From the human T2T-CHM13v2.0 reference genome, Homo sapiens: 64,000 nt of DNA. Shown in pieces: positions 31,301-42,009 of the stretch; positions within the stretch are counted from its first letter, which is position 1, and every line of letters begins with the position of its first letter. The stretch is from the NCBI RefSeq assembly GCF_009914755.1, contig NC_060935.1. One strand, written 5' to 3'. Both the position numbers and the translations under genes were made by a program. Under the pieces are notes generated by a model, which had not been told where the DNA came from, did no database searches, and was given only the letters and a program-made list of their open reading frames with translations.

Positions 31301-31905
31301 CTGAAAAATACATCCAAAAATAGGCATGAGATACGAGCCTATAGATAGGACTTATTTTTCATTATTGTTGTATGTATTATTTGTAAAACACAAATTATCA
31401 ATATTACCTCTGACATTAGGTGAGATATTTCTGAATTTTAATTTCTCTTGCCTACTTTCACTGAAAAAGAGTCATGCAAACAGATTTTTAAGTTGCAAAC
31501 CAATTGCAAAATATTTCTTATCCAACTTCAATGATAGGTATTGCTGTTATTCTAAGAAATGTTTTATGAGATAATCAGGACGAAAATAAAATGACATTAA
31601 TGTTTCAACTAATGGGTGTAAACGAGATGTTCTGAAAATGAAGGCAAAAAGGAGATCCACCTTCTACTTTCATAAAGTTTCTATCTTCCTCTGCTGACTC
31701 AAATAAGCATTTAATACATTTTTATAACGAATTAATTATGAATATATTTCAAATAAATAAATTATTTCCAAGTGTTGAAGGAAATTCAGACTTCTAATTT
31801 GCTCTGATTCTGAAACTAAAACAAAATGCTGTGAGAGTTTGCGTTTCCAGTGAAGTAGGCGTGAGAAATCCAAGTTCAGACAGCTACAATGAAACTACAA
31901 TTTAC

Positions 31906-32002
31906 CCAGCCTCTCTGCCAGACACCCAGTGCACGCATAGGCGGCCAGAAACAATGGATAGCTAGATCCTGCAGTCATTAGACCTTGCAGTTGGCTTTTA
32001 AC
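31906..32002 (-). CDS. FOLH1: FOLH1 alternative 97-nt cassette exon in intron 1 (PSM-D/PSM-E type); ATG at 31978 encodes alternative N-terminus MTAGSSYPLFLAAYACTGCLAERL(G)
   Basis: Acceptor ccttcag|G, donor CTGG|gtaaat, exactly 97 nt. Phase-1 end is in frame with exon 2. The peptide matches the alternative PSMA isoform N-terminus as recalled. Confidence 0.88.
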
Positions 32003-32891
32003 CTGAAGGAGATAAGGCAAGATTCCAGGGTTTATTTAGAGAAATTACAGGATCTGGGAATAAAGTAGTTACAAAATTAGTCCCCAACCAGCTTTCATGG
32101 AGCTTTCCAATTATTAATTATTCTAGTTCTTAATCGCATGCATACAAATGCACATACATATATACATGCATATTAAAATACATGATTGGACGCAAACGGA
32201 AATAAGATTCCACCTGTGCATAAAACAGAAAGACTTGGATTAGAGTGAGGGATCAGGAAACACCACACTGAGGACGAGATGCTTGAACTGAGATCTGAAA
32301 AATGAACAGGATGAAGAGGATGGAGGCCTGTAGGGGGAGGGGAGAGCAGAGAATCCTAGTGGGTGGGGGGCGGACATCAATAAAGAACTCTTCTGTGTCA
32401 GCCACTGAGCACGGAATACAGGGATGAGAGTGAGGGCAATACCAGGAAGAATAAAATCCTTTTAAGAGATGAAGATTGTTATGAGCACAGTGTGTGGTTC
32501 AAAAATCTTTTAACAACCCCAAGGTGAAGCTAGTGGAAGATATTGAATTTGTTTAAACCCATCTGGTCCATGCCCTATTCTTCTAAATCCCGAAAGAGGG
32601 TCAAGAATTCCGAGCAGGAGTGGACTACCTGGTGATACCTTAGACTAGTCCTGTGTATTAAAGTCCAATGAGGAGTATCTTGGTAAAAGAAGAAATAAAG
32701 TGGCGAAAATCCCAGTACTGTGCTAGGAGATTTACATGCTATATTATTTACTATTACCAATAATTTGCAGATAATATTATCCTCATCATAAAATAGGGTA
32801 ACTAACGCTGAGAGGGACTCGGTAACTTGTTCAAGGCCACTAAGAAGTGGCAAAGTCAAAACTGGAATTTAATAAAAGAGTCTGAGCTTGC

Positions 32892-33023
32892 CTGTGTGGT
32901 TCTGCTTTTCTTAGAAAGTTGGATCAAGTCTGCAAATCAGTACCCAGGAAAAACAGCAAAAGACCCGCTGGTAAAGACCTGTCCAGATTGCTGACCTGGT
33001 TCACACAGTTCCCAAGCTTGCCT
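32892..33023 (-). other. FOLH1: Probable alternative non-coding intron-1 exon (PSM-C type, ~132 nt)
   Basis: Pyrimidine tract followed by aacag|AGG acceptor; candidate donor CAG|gcaagc. Position (~+785 to +917) and size agree with the PSM-C exon as recalled. Confidence 0.55.
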
Positions 33024-33060
33024 CTGTTACTTCCAAGGAAGAAAGAATGCACAGAGAGGT

Positions 33061-33126
33061 AAAAAAACAAACAAACAAACAAAACAAAACAAAACAAAAC
33101 AAAACAAAACAAAAGCAAAAAAAAAA
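33061..33126. repeat. (AAAC)n(AAAAC)n microsatellite in intron 1
   Basis: Direct reading. Confidence 0.9.
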
Positions 33127-33429
33127 CTTCCTCTGTCTTGCAGGGCTCCAGCACTTGGAACCTTCCTACGCCCAGTTTCAGGTTCTCTCAGTTCTACCCT
33201 CAACCTGAGTGACTGTCCTACCAGCAGCTTGTCGAGAACTCAGCCCTGCACCGTTCCCAGCTACCCTCCTCCTAACTCGAGGGGTGCTCACCCCACATTA
33301 CCCCGACCCTAATCGCCGCCCCTGGGGAAGACCAGCAACAGGATCCCACTCGGCAGCTGACCCGCGAGTCCCAGCACCGCGGCACCACGGGGAAGACTCC
33401 GAGGTTTGCTCCGCGAGGCGCCCCCCTAC

Positions 33430-33547
33430 CGAAGAGGAAGCCGAGGAGAAAGAAGCCACCCGCCAGCACCAGCGCCCCAGCGCACAGCCAGCGCGGGCGG
33501 CGCGCGGTGGCCACAGCCGAGTCGGTTTCGTGAAGGAGATTCCACAT
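33430..33547 (-). CDS. FOLH1: FOLH1 exon 1 coding part (118 nt): MWNLLHETDSAVATARRPRWLCAGALVLAGGFFLLGFLFG; cytoplasmic tail with MXXXL motif plus TM anchor
   Basis: ATG at 33547; donor TTCG|GTAGGG; phase 1. Confidence 0.98.
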
Positions 33548-33808
33548 CTCGGCGCGAGCAGAGCCGGCCTCCCGGGACCCGCGCCTGTGCTGCTGCTCTA
33601 CTGCGCGCCCTCCAACCACCACGGCGGGGTAAAGTCTCTCTCAATCTCACTAATGCCTCGCTTATCAGCCCTGCAGGCTGGAATTCGCTCCAGACCTGGG
33701 GTCCAGTTTCTCCACCACAGCAGTGTTTCTAGAGTGCACTGAACCAATCCGAGCGAGAGAGAGAGGCAACATCTGCCTCCAGGAGAAGGAAATCCGGCCC
33801 CTTTTGAG
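33548..33808 (-). other. FOLH1: FOLH1 5' UTR, including the internal PSM' splice donor (CCCAG|GTCTGG, GT at 33695-33694 = nt 114)
   Basis: Donor falls at nt 114 from the classical TSS. Splicing it to exon 2 removes 266 nt including the ATG and TM segment, as known for cytosolic PSM'. Confidence 0.85.
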
Positions 33809-34127
33809 AGGCGCCTTAAAAAAAAAAAACTTTCTTGGAAAATGTCCAGCTCTTGCTTAAATATAAAAATGAAAGGAAGAAAGAGACTCTCCTCTCTCCA
33901 CTCCTATAATTATGAGGAACTTTTATTCAACTCTGAAATTCTATACAATCTCTACAATACTCTACTGAATAAAAGCAGAGCAGAAAAAGCTGCGCTTTTT
34001 TTCCATAGTCGGGAATGCTTGTCATCAGTGTAAATCACCACCGCGCCCTTTTTCCTAAAGAATATTATTGTTATTAATAAACATGTAGGGTATTATCCTC
34101 CACTTACATTACAAAACCATTTTTTAA

Positions 34128-34508
<381 letters not shown>

Positions 34509-36009
34509 TTATTTTCATATCCCGGCTATGTCTGGCTACTGTCTTACGTAATAGATATAAAATCAATCTTGGTTGGATTAACCAGAAGAATCATCATACA
34601 AAATTATATCCCTGCTATAAATTCTTAATAATAATAATCGTATTTCGAGGGAGAGAATAGCTACATGCTTTATAAAATAAACTGTGTTCTTATAATCCGT
34701 GAGAGAGGCCGTGCATTTGCTAGGAGTACTTTATGGAAGCACTGCTTTTAACAGAACCATAAGGTACAGGTAGGATTTGACCCAGTGGAGATGAGAAGAA
34801 ACATTAGGGGCCATGGGCCAGCTGAGTAGGCAAAGGCAGAAAACTCAGAGTGTATTCAAGGAATAGCAAACAGTTTGCTTTGAGAAAGGGAGAGCACAGT
34901 ATGAGTTAAGTGGAAAAAGATGGACTAGATTGTACAGTCTTGGGTGCTTCGATGTAGACTTTCTGAGCAAAGTGAAAAATTTGGGAAAATTAATTTGTCA
35001 ACAATGAACCATGACAACTCCTAGATGACCTAGGGCAGGAAGGAAGGGAATTTCTTCATCTCTTTCTAACAAAATCCTGAATGTACTATATCTTTCCTAA
35101 TGTTCCTATTGTCAAATCTAATCAGAGATGGCTAATAATAGTGACTAATATTTAAAGAGCACTTATTATGAGTGATGCATGTTATGTACATCACCTCATT
35201 TAATCACCATTGGGACCCTTCAAGGTTTGTTCTATTACTCTTCCTGATTTACACATGGTAAAACTGAAATTTAGCTAGATTAGGTAAGTCATTCGAAGTC
35301 ACAAAGCTAAGACTTAATATAATGTCTGTCTTACTTTGTACCACTCTACAGTCTCTATTCAGCACAGGATACCTTTATGGAGTTTGCTTGTGGCACTGGA
35401 GGGAGCACTGAGTTTGGAGTCAGAAGACTCTTAACAGTCTTTGGACCTGGTCCTGTCCAAGCTGATTACCCCTGGGTGCTAAGTATTCAACTTACCAGAA
35501 TATATCTTCTCATTTGTAAAACGTGGGATCACCCAGTAACATTACCCAGTACAGTTGGTTAATGTGTTTTCTTTGAAGGTTAGATGTGATTATAAGTAAG
35601 CAAATTTCAGTTAAATATAAAAGTGATTTTTGAACAATAGAATTTATTCAATTAATAATTCAATTAATAAGACGCTATGGTGAAGAGGATGTATTTGAAG
35701 AATTCAGACAATGAATGAATATCTGTCACATATTGTAAGGCTTGTGGAACTTACAGTTTAGTGGAGAAGATAAACCTTCAACAAGTAGTTAATAACCAAT
35801 ATACTGAGCATTTTCTATATGGAGGACACCACACTATGTGCTTTATGTGCATTATTTCATTTAATTATCATGACTTATCCTGAAATAATTTAAAATCTCT
35901 AACAGGTGATTATGTAAACCACACTAGATTTTTCTGTTGCACCCTGTATTATTATTTACCTTTTACAGATAAGAAAACTGAGGTTTAAAGAAATTGATTA
36001 AGTTTTGCG

Positions 36010-36404
36010 GAGCGCTAAGGAGTTAAAAGAAAAATGAAAAATGGGCTTAGCTGGCAGGAACAGAAACAGGGGTAGAGGGGAATGAATGTTCCAAGAATAG
36101 GGTCAACTGCAAATGGCTCACTTAGCACCCAAGCATCCTCTTACAAGCACCCAGCTCACAGCCCATCTGTAACCAAGCATCCTGTCTGCAAGCATTCAGC
36201 CTAAGGAGCACCCTTATAAAACTCCACTCGAGTCCCTGCCTCTTTGCAGACAGCCTTCCCTCTGCTGTCTGGCCAGTTGCTCCCTTGCAATGTGTCTCCC
36301 CTTTTCTCTAAATAAATATGCCTTTCTAAACTCATTACTGTCTTGGTATTAAGGTAAATTCTTTTACTACCTGCACGTCAGCCTCACAGTTGTTGACCAT
36401 GACA
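36010..36404 (+). mobile_element. ERV1-type solo LTR (subfamily uncertain)
   Basis: ccttataaaa TATA, aaataaa polyA signal, ggtaaattcttttactacc...gaca U5-like end. Confidence 0.55.
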
Positions 36405-36681
36405 ACTTTCTCAAGAAAACAATGGGCAGATGTTTGTTTTCTGAATCCCACCGATAAGCATTAGGCCATACTATACTTCCTTCTTTAACTATTGGAAAAA
36501 GATTGAAGGTGACTCTTCATGTCAGAATTTGTAGAAACAAACATGAACTAAATCAAAGTATTATACTCATCTATGAGGTGTGTTCTAGAAAAAAATTAAA
36601 ATATTTTTAATTCCTCTTATTTCCAGCCTTTTACCCATATTTGCCTTTGAAAAATACTTAGTCAAGAAAAATCACTGGCTG

Positions 36682-36682
<1 letters not shown>

Positions 36683-36724
<42 letters not shown>

Positions 36725-36978
36725 TATTTATTTATTTATTGTCAAAGTCTGGCTTTGTCACCTCAAACCGCTGGGCTCAAGCAATCCTCCCACCTCAGCC
36801 TGCCAAGTAGCAGAAGCTACAAACACCAGCCACCATGCCTTACTCATTTTAAAAAAAATTTTGTAGAGACAGGGTCTTGCCATGTTGCCCAGGCTGATCG
36901 TGAACTGGCCACAAGCAATCCTCTTGTCTCAGGCTCCCAAAGCCCTGGGAATAAATACATGAGCCACTATGCCCAGCC
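36683..36978 (-). mobile_element. AluJ with (TTTC)n(TTTA)n tail
   Basis: Degenerate reverse Alu with a microsatellite tail. Confidence 0.8.
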
Positions 36979-37534
36979 TCCTTGGCTACTTCTTAATCTG
37001 TAGACATAGCATTCTTGGACTTTAAACTGCATGCTGAATAACAGAGCTCTAGAAGATAAAAATTCTAACTTATTTCTCCAAGTAATTTGATTTTTTAAAA
37101 TTTCAGTCTTTTTAAATTGGGGGTGGTTACATAGGCATTTATATTTGTTGAATTCTTTTTGTCATATGTTAAAAATATGTGCACTTTATTGTATTTAAAG
37201 TATAAATTTTAAATTTGATATAAACAAAAAGATAGGGCCATAGATAAATAAGAATGTTCCCTAATGGTTCATCTGAATTCCATTGTTTCAAAGTAATTAA
37301 TTCTCATTCTCCTTATGCTAACTTTACCTAAAGTAGGGGAATATTTGCAGAGGGAACTTTGTAGACAGATTTCTTTGCTTCGGAATTTTGAAAAATAGAA
37401 AATGTGGTAATACTGTCTCCAATGTAATGATGAAATGGAGTAGTAAATGAACATATTTTAGGAAAAAATGCTTGTAATATTTAAATAAAATATATATTTT
37501 TCCTCTGCTAATTTTTATTACTAAAATAAAATGC

Positions 37535-37828
37535 TTTTTTTTTTTTTTTTGTGAGATGGAGTCTTGCTCTGTTGCCCAGCCTGGAGTGCAGTGGCACGAT
37601 TTCGGCTCACTGCAACCTCCACCTCCCCGGTTCAAGATATTCTGCTGCCTAGCCTCCTGAGTAGCAGGGACTACAGGTGTGTGCCACCATGCCCAGCTAA
37701 TTTTTGTATTTTTAGTAGAGGCAGAGTTTCATGTTAGCCAGGATGGTCTCGATCTCTTGACCTCCTTATCTGCCTGTCTCGGCCTCCCAAAGTGCTGGAA
37801 TAACAGGCGTGAGCCACCGCGCCTGGCC
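37535..37828 (-). mobile_element. AluS (Sc-like)
   Basis: Full-length; TSD aaaatgctt. Confidence 0.92.
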
Positions 37829-38019
37829 AAAATGCTTATTTTTATACAGAAGTATAAAAAGTAGGAAGCTTAAGTACCATTTTATAACCCTCTGTCCTTT
37901 CCCTTAACATATCACCATCCAGAGATGAATACCGTCAACATTTTGGTAGTAATTATTTGAGACATTTTTCTTCAAATACACACAATACTTCGAATGAAAA
38001 ATGAAATCATGCTATGCCT

Positions 38020-39290
38020 TTATTTTTAAGAAAACTTTTAATTAACATATACATACATAAAATGTACAAGTCTTAAGTGTACAGCTTGATGAGTTTTTAC
38101 AAAATGAACACACTGGTCATTCAGCATCAAGATCAAGAGACAGGGTATCAACAAAACTCCACAAGCCCTCATCACATCCCCTTTACATCACTATCTTTCA
38201 TGCTGACGGATATCCACTATTCTCCTGTTCTAAATTCTAAATAATGTCTAGTTTTGCTGTTTTGAAATTTCTGTAATTGGAATCACGTAGTACTTGTATT
38301 TTTGTGTTTGGCTTGTTTCCCTAGGAACTATGCTTGTGAAATACATTAGTAGTGTGCTAGTAAATCAGCTCTAAAGAAGGGGGAAAGCCTTGGTTTGCAG
38401 CATTTACTGATTTCTGTGATGCAAATATTCCCAACCATGGCAGATATCAAGGAAACAACAAGAAGTTACTGAATGTGCAGTCTGAAAGGGAAGGCCACAA
38501 TTGCCTTTTGTAAGCTGGCAGAAGCAGGCTGCAGCACACCACTGGACACTCCCTGTCTTTCCATGTAGCAATAGTTCATTCATTTTCAGTGTTGTAGATT
38601 TATCAGTTGTATAAATGTTTCACAATTTATTTATCTATTCTCTCCTTAGTAGATTTTTAGATTTTCTCCAGTTCTTGGCTATTAGAAATTGTACTTCAGT
38701 GAACTTTCTTGTGCATATCTTTTGGAGGTCATATGTATGTATTTTTGTGGGTATTTATCTAGAAGTCATAGGTATGTATATGTTCAGCTTTAGTAGAAAC
38801 TTTTAGAGTTTTCTAAGGTTTTTATGTACTATTCATACCAGAAGAGTATGTGGAATTCCAGTTTCTCTCTGTTCTTGCCAACCAACTGGTATTTTACTGA
38901 TGACAACTAAAATGGAGCAGCTTTTCATGTGGTTGCTTCTAATTTGTACTCTTCTTTTTTTGCACTGACCAAGTGTTTTGTCCCATTTTCGCTTGGGTAT
39001 TCTGCCTTTTTCTTTTTTATTTGTAGGAGTTTTTGTATATATTATGACTATAATTTTATAATTTATTTTATTCAATAATGCAGAATTTTACATGAGCATA
39101 TAAAAGATCTATCTTATCATTTTGTCACTTTATAGTATTTATAAAATATATTTATAATATTTTAAAGAATAGACATAAAATGAGGTATTTCATTTTTATT
39201 CATATCAAAATTCTTATCAAATAAGTGATTTACAAACATTTCATTTGACATTCTAGTTGTCTTTTCACTTTCTTGGTAATATCACATGAG
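38020..39290 (-). mobile_element. L1ME-type 3' fragment with nested MER63-like MITE (38347-38544)
   Basis: aaaatgtacaagtcttaagtgtacagcttgatgagt L1 motif; MER63-like TIRs tagtagtgtgct...gcagcacaccactg. Confidence 0.65.
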
Positions 39291-39339
39291 TACTTAAAAC
39301 AAATTTTTTTACGTGTACCTGATTCACATGAGAATTTAA

Positions 39340-39620
39340 TAGATGCTCCCTTACTTACAATGATTTGGCTTAGGATTTTTCAACTTTATGATGCTGCATA
39401 AGTGATATACATTCAGCAAAAACCATACTTCAAGTACTCATACAATCATTTTGCTTTTCGCTTTTTGAACAGTATTCAATACATTACATGAGATACTCAA
39501 CACTTTATAACAAAATAGGCTTTGTATTAGATGATTTTTTTCAACTGTTGGCTAATGTAAGTGTTCTGGGATGTTTAACTTAGGCGAGGCTAAGTTATAA
39601 TGTTCAATAGGTTAGGTATA
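39340..39620 (-). mobile_element. MER47A-like (Tigger) MITE
   Basis: acattacatgagatactcaacactttataacaaaataggctttgtattagatg...ggctaatgtaagtgttct matches reverse MER47A. Confidence 0.75.
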
Positions 39621-40540
39621 TGAATCATACATACCTGATTTTAAATTTATCTCAGTCAGTAACTCGCATATGCAAATATGGGCAAATTGTTCCATTTTGC
39701 CTCATTTGTAATCTTTACCATTCCCAGAAAAGGCTCTTCTCAAAGTTACCAATGGTCTAGGTCTTTTCAAAGGCAGTGATCAGTTTTTTGATTCTGTTTT
39801 GTTTGTGTGTGTGTGTCAGTGGAACAACTGAACCATGTGACGTGGTATAGCCATAAGAATTCTTTAGACCCATAAGAACATCTGTTCTTACCAAACAGGA
39901 AAAACATGACAAAGGTGTAGGTTTCCATCAAGATCAGAGGTATTTTGACCTATGTAAGAAGATATTTTAAATAATATAAAAGCCAAAGAAAATTAAATCC
40001 AGTGATATAACCCTGAGTGGGTTTGCAGAGTTCTGTGGGAAAAAAATATTATAGGTGAAATCCAAACTGAAGCATGTAATGTACCTGAGCCATAAGATTT
40101 GCAAGACCATTTAGTGAGTTGATATGGTGACTACAGATAAGACTGAATATGTTCTATCACAGTAACAGATATCAGAGTCCCTGGTCAATATCTTAGGCGA
40201 ATATGCATATTCCAACCATCTAGGGGAGTATCCTCAAAGACTTTGTGGTAACACTGTTGTTTCCTTTGTGGGAAAGCCTACTTTTACCCTTAAAATATTT
40301 AAAGTAAACATAGAAATATTTAGGTAATTAAACCCATTAGTTAAAATAAGTTTAAGCATATTTAGTATTTCAAAATTGTGATGCGTACTGTTCAGAAGAA
40401 TATTGACTATTCAATGAAACTTTTTTTTAATGTAAGCTGTATAAATTGAGTAGTTGAGTTCACCTTTTGAGTTTTAAATTCAAAGTACTTACGGTATTTA
40501 TATGCACTGTGACTGGAATATGGAAAAGAAGTTAAAATCG

Positions 40541-40847
40541 GGCCAGGCACACTGGCTCACTCCTACGATCCTAGCACTTTGGGAGGCTGAGGTGGGCAGA
40601 TTGCTTGAGCTCAGGAGTTCCAGACCAGCCTGGGCAGCATGGTGAAACCCTATCTCTACAAAAAATAGAAACATTATCTGGGTGTGGTGGCTTGCGCCTA
40701 TAGTCCCAGCTACTGGGGAGGCTGAGGTGAGAGGATAGCTCACACCTGGAAGGTTGGAGCTGCAGTAAGCCTGAGTGCAAGCCACCGCACTCCAGCCTGG
40801 GTGACAGAGTGAGACCCTGTCTCAAAAAAAAAAAAAAAAAGAAAAAA
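40541..40847 (+). mobile_element. AluJ
   Basis: ttgcttgagctcaggag / gtgagaggatagc J diagnostics; TSD aaaagaagttaa. Confidence 0.9.
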
Positions 40848-41089
40848 GAAGTTAAGATTACTCATAATTATAAATTAAATATATTAGACTTACAAAAATT
40901 AATTTTAAGTACTTAGAAATGTTTGTTGGACAGACCATTGAAGTACCTAAAATATTAATAGAATACATTTATAAATGTTATTTAAAATGCTTAACAGTAT
41001 TTAATTAACTATGTAAAATAAGACGAAGACTATGAGATATCCTGTAAGTTATTGTTAAAATTTATTAGATTTCTAAATAGAGTAAGATA

Positions 41090-41597
41090 TGCCGAGACCA
41101 GCTTGGTCTGGGAGACCCTAACCCAGCGGCGCTAGAGGAATTAAAGATACACACACAGAAACATAGAGGTGTGAAGTGGGAAATCAGGGGTCTCACAGCC
41201 TTCAGAGCTGAGAGCCCTGAACAGAGATTTACCCACATATCTATTAACAGCAAGCCAGTCATTAGCATTGTTTCTATAGATATTAACTAAAAGTATCCCT
41301 TATGGGAAATGAAGGGACGGGCCAAATTAAAGGAATAGGTTGGGCTAGTTAACTGCAGCAGGAGCATATTCTTAAGGCACAGATCGCTCATGCTTTTGTT
41401 TGTGGCTTAAGAATGACTTTAAGTGGTTTTCCACCCTGGGCAGGCCAGGTGTTCCTTGCCCTCATTCCTGTAAACCCACAACCTTCCAGCTTGGGCGTTA
41501 GGGCCATTATGAACATGTTACAGTGCTGCAGAGATTTTGTTTATGGCCAGTTTTGGGGCCAGTTTATGGCCAGATTTTTGGGGGCCTGCTCCCAACA
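41090..41597 (-). mobile_element. MER9 solo LTR (HERV-K9 / HML-3)
   Basis: Reverse strand starts TGTTGGGAGCAGGCCCCCAAAAATCTGGCCATAAACTGGCCCCAAAACTGGCC; TG...CA ends; 6-bp TSD AAGATA (41084-41089 / 41598-41603). Confidence 0.9.
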
Positions 41598-42009
41598 AAG
41601 ATATATATATATATATATATATGGAATATCAAGAAGCTAAAGAACAGGGTTTTTTTAAATGTAGCTTCAATCAGTTAAATATTGATTATAAAAATTAAAG
41701 TAAAACTCTGAAGAGTTTTCTGTGTATAAACCTGTCCTCAAGGATATAAAAAAACCGTCAGTGCAGACACTCAGAGAGTTTAACAAAGTTAATTGCTAAT
41801 TCCTTCATTAACACTTTCTCTTCTAGACTGTATGACACCATTGTCCTCTGAAACTGACTGGCGTCCCTTCTCAGTCTCCTTTGCCAGCCCTGCCTTTTTT
41901 ACCAGACCTTTAAATGTTGGAGTGTTCCAGGGCTCTCCCTTTGGCCCTGCTCTTTTCATTCTATAGTGTCTCTTGAGGTGATTTCAAACTCCAAGTACCA
42001 TCTATATCT

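Larger units (their letters stand above)
33270..33830. promoter_or_regulatory. CpG island / FOLH1 core promoter
   Basis: The only non-Alu GC- and CpG-dense block in the window; spans exon 1 and the start of intron 1. CCAAT at 33744; poly(dA)12 at 33818-33829. Confidence 0.85.

Noticed and set aside
33209-33742. 177-aa plus-strand ORF (and overlapping 108-aa ORF) antisense to exon 1
   Set aside because: Non-ATG starts in a GC-rich CpG island where stops are scarce; low-complexity R/P/A product with no recognisable domain.
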